The notes below the pieces were generated by a model that was given only the letters and a program-made list of their open reading frames with translations, was not told the origin of the DNA and made no database searches. Both the position numbers and the translations under genes were made by a program. 64,000 bases of DNA from Prochlorococcus sp. AG-347-L21 (lineage in GTDB: Bacteria > Cyanobacteriota > Cyanobacteriia > PCC-6307 > Cyanobiaceae). Below are positions 62,793 through 64,000 of the stretch, piece by piece; within the stretch, counting starts at the first letter, position 1, and each line of letters opens with the position of its first letter. Location: the NCBI GenBank assembly GCA_003278875.1, contig QCCQ01000001.1:54409-118408 (forward strand), written 5' to 3'.

Positions 62793-64000
62793 ATGAAATC
62801 TTTGGATTCAAAAACTCCAAATCAAGATTGGCACCCAAATATTTGGCCACCTTTTACGCAAATAAATAATAGCAAACCGCAGATAGAAGTAACTCATGGT
62901 AAAGATGCCCTCCTATTTACAAAAGATCCTGAAAAAGAGCTAATAGATGCAATTAGTAGTTGGTGGGTAACTCTACATGGTCATAGTAACGAATATATTT
63001 CGAATGCTATTTTCGATCAATCAAAAAAACTTGAGCAAGTTATCTTTGCTGATTTCTTACATCCACAGGCAAAAAAATTAGCGGAAAGACTTAGTGAATT
63101 AACAAAACTAGAAAGATTATTCTTTTCTGATAACGGTTCTACTGCAGTGGAAGTCGCTTTAAAAATTGCCTACCAATCATGGCAAAATAGAGGAGAGACA
63201 AGAACTCAAATAGTAGCTTTTGATGGCGCATATCATGGTGATACATTTGGAGCAATGGCTTTAGGTGAAAGAAATATTTTTAATGAGAATTTCGATAATC
63301 TTATGTTCCCAGTTAGAAGAGTCCCATGGCCTTCAACTTGGATGAACGATGAAGCAGTAGAAAAGAAAGAAAATGAGGCGATCCAAAAACTAGAAACTCT
63401 ACTTAAAACTCCCACAGTTGCAGTAATCCTTGAGCCACTTGTTCAAGGAGCAGGAGGGATGAATATGGTTAGGCCTCAGTTTATAAAAAAAGTTTCAGAA
63501 ATTATAAAAAATAATAATTCTTTGTTAGTTGCCGATGAAGTATTAACAGGGTTTGGAAGATGTGGAAGCCTTTTTGCGTTTCAAAAGGCAAAAATCATTC
63601 CTGATTTAATAAGTATTTCAAAAGGTTTAACTGGTGGATTTTTACCGATGGGAATAACTTTATGTAAAGAAAAAATTTTTCAATCATTTATTGATGATTC
63701 CCCAAGAAAAACTTTTTGGCATGGACATAGTTTTACTGCTAATCCTTTAGGTTGTGCTGCAGCGAACGCTAGCCTCGATTTATTAGAAAAAGAACCACAA
63801 AAATACCTTTCATTTGAAGAAAAACATTTATCTCATTTAATTAAATTTAAAAACTTACCTTATATAAAAAAGGTAAGGGTATCCGGCACAATTGCTGCCT
63901 TCAATTTAGATATTGGGAACAAAAAAGGTTATTTCAATAATATTGGGAAAGAAATAAAGGGCCTTGCAATGGAGCAAGGTTTATTCATTAGGCCCCTTGG
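62793..64000 (+). CDS. bioA: DAPA aminotransferase (3' end beyond window)
   Basis: Manual translation: IWPPFTQ, DAISSWWVTLHGH, SDNGSTAVEVALK, YHGDT, EPLVQGAGG, ADEV.TGFGR, SKGLTGG. Confidence 0.95.
   Translation, partial: MKSLDSKTPNQDWHPNIWPPFTQINNSKPQIEVTHGKDALLFTKDPEKELIDAISSWWVTLHGHSNEYISNAIFDQSKKLEQVIFADFLHPQAKKLAERLSELTKLERLFFSDNGSTAVEVALKIAYQSWQNRGETRTQIVAFDGAYHGDTFGAMALGERNIFNENFDNLMFPVRRVPWPSTWMNDEAVEKKENEAIQKLETLLKTPTVAVILEPLVQGAGGMNMVRPQFIKKVSEIIKNNNSLLVADEVLTGFGRCGSLFAFQKAKIIPDLISISKGLTGGFLPMGITLCKEKIFQSFIDDSPRKTFWHGHSFTANPLGCAAANASLDLLEKEPQKYLSFEEKHLSHLIKFKNLPYIKKVRVSGTIAAFNLDIGNKKGYFNNIGKEIKGLAMEQGLFIRPL

Overview
AT-rich window that reads as a high-light Prochlorococcus chromosome segment, judged from gene content, gene order and protein sequences. 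It has two parts. (1) About 1-23,975 is a hypervariable genomic island containing many unannotated microproteins, candidate sRNAs, an NtcA box plus glutamine-II (Downstream-peptide) riboswitch ahead of a DUF4278 peptide, and a 7-gene minus-strand cluster: guanidine hydrolase GdmH, HypA/HypB-type Ni chaperones, an ABC transporter with its own NtcA box, and an extra Rieske oxygenase. No guanidine riboswitch is recognisable there. The right half of the island carries repeated attachment-site-like modules that contain displaced copies of the 5' end of the EVE-domain gene bounding the island, which suggests this protein-coding gene is a recombination/integration target with cargo cassettes stacked against it. 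(2) About 23,976-64,000 is ordinary core genome: EVE, rpoZ, Hsp70-like, pyrR, gpmI, secG, groEL/ES (K-box), both ATP synthase clusters (ATPC RNA motif), PSRP-3, pepP, nadD/E, ftsW, ccdA/ccs1, queF, glnB, tlyA, purB, fumC, a Ski2-like helicase and bioF-K-C-D-A. I saw no rRNA, tRNA, CRISPR array or integrase. All calls were made by eye, without database searches.
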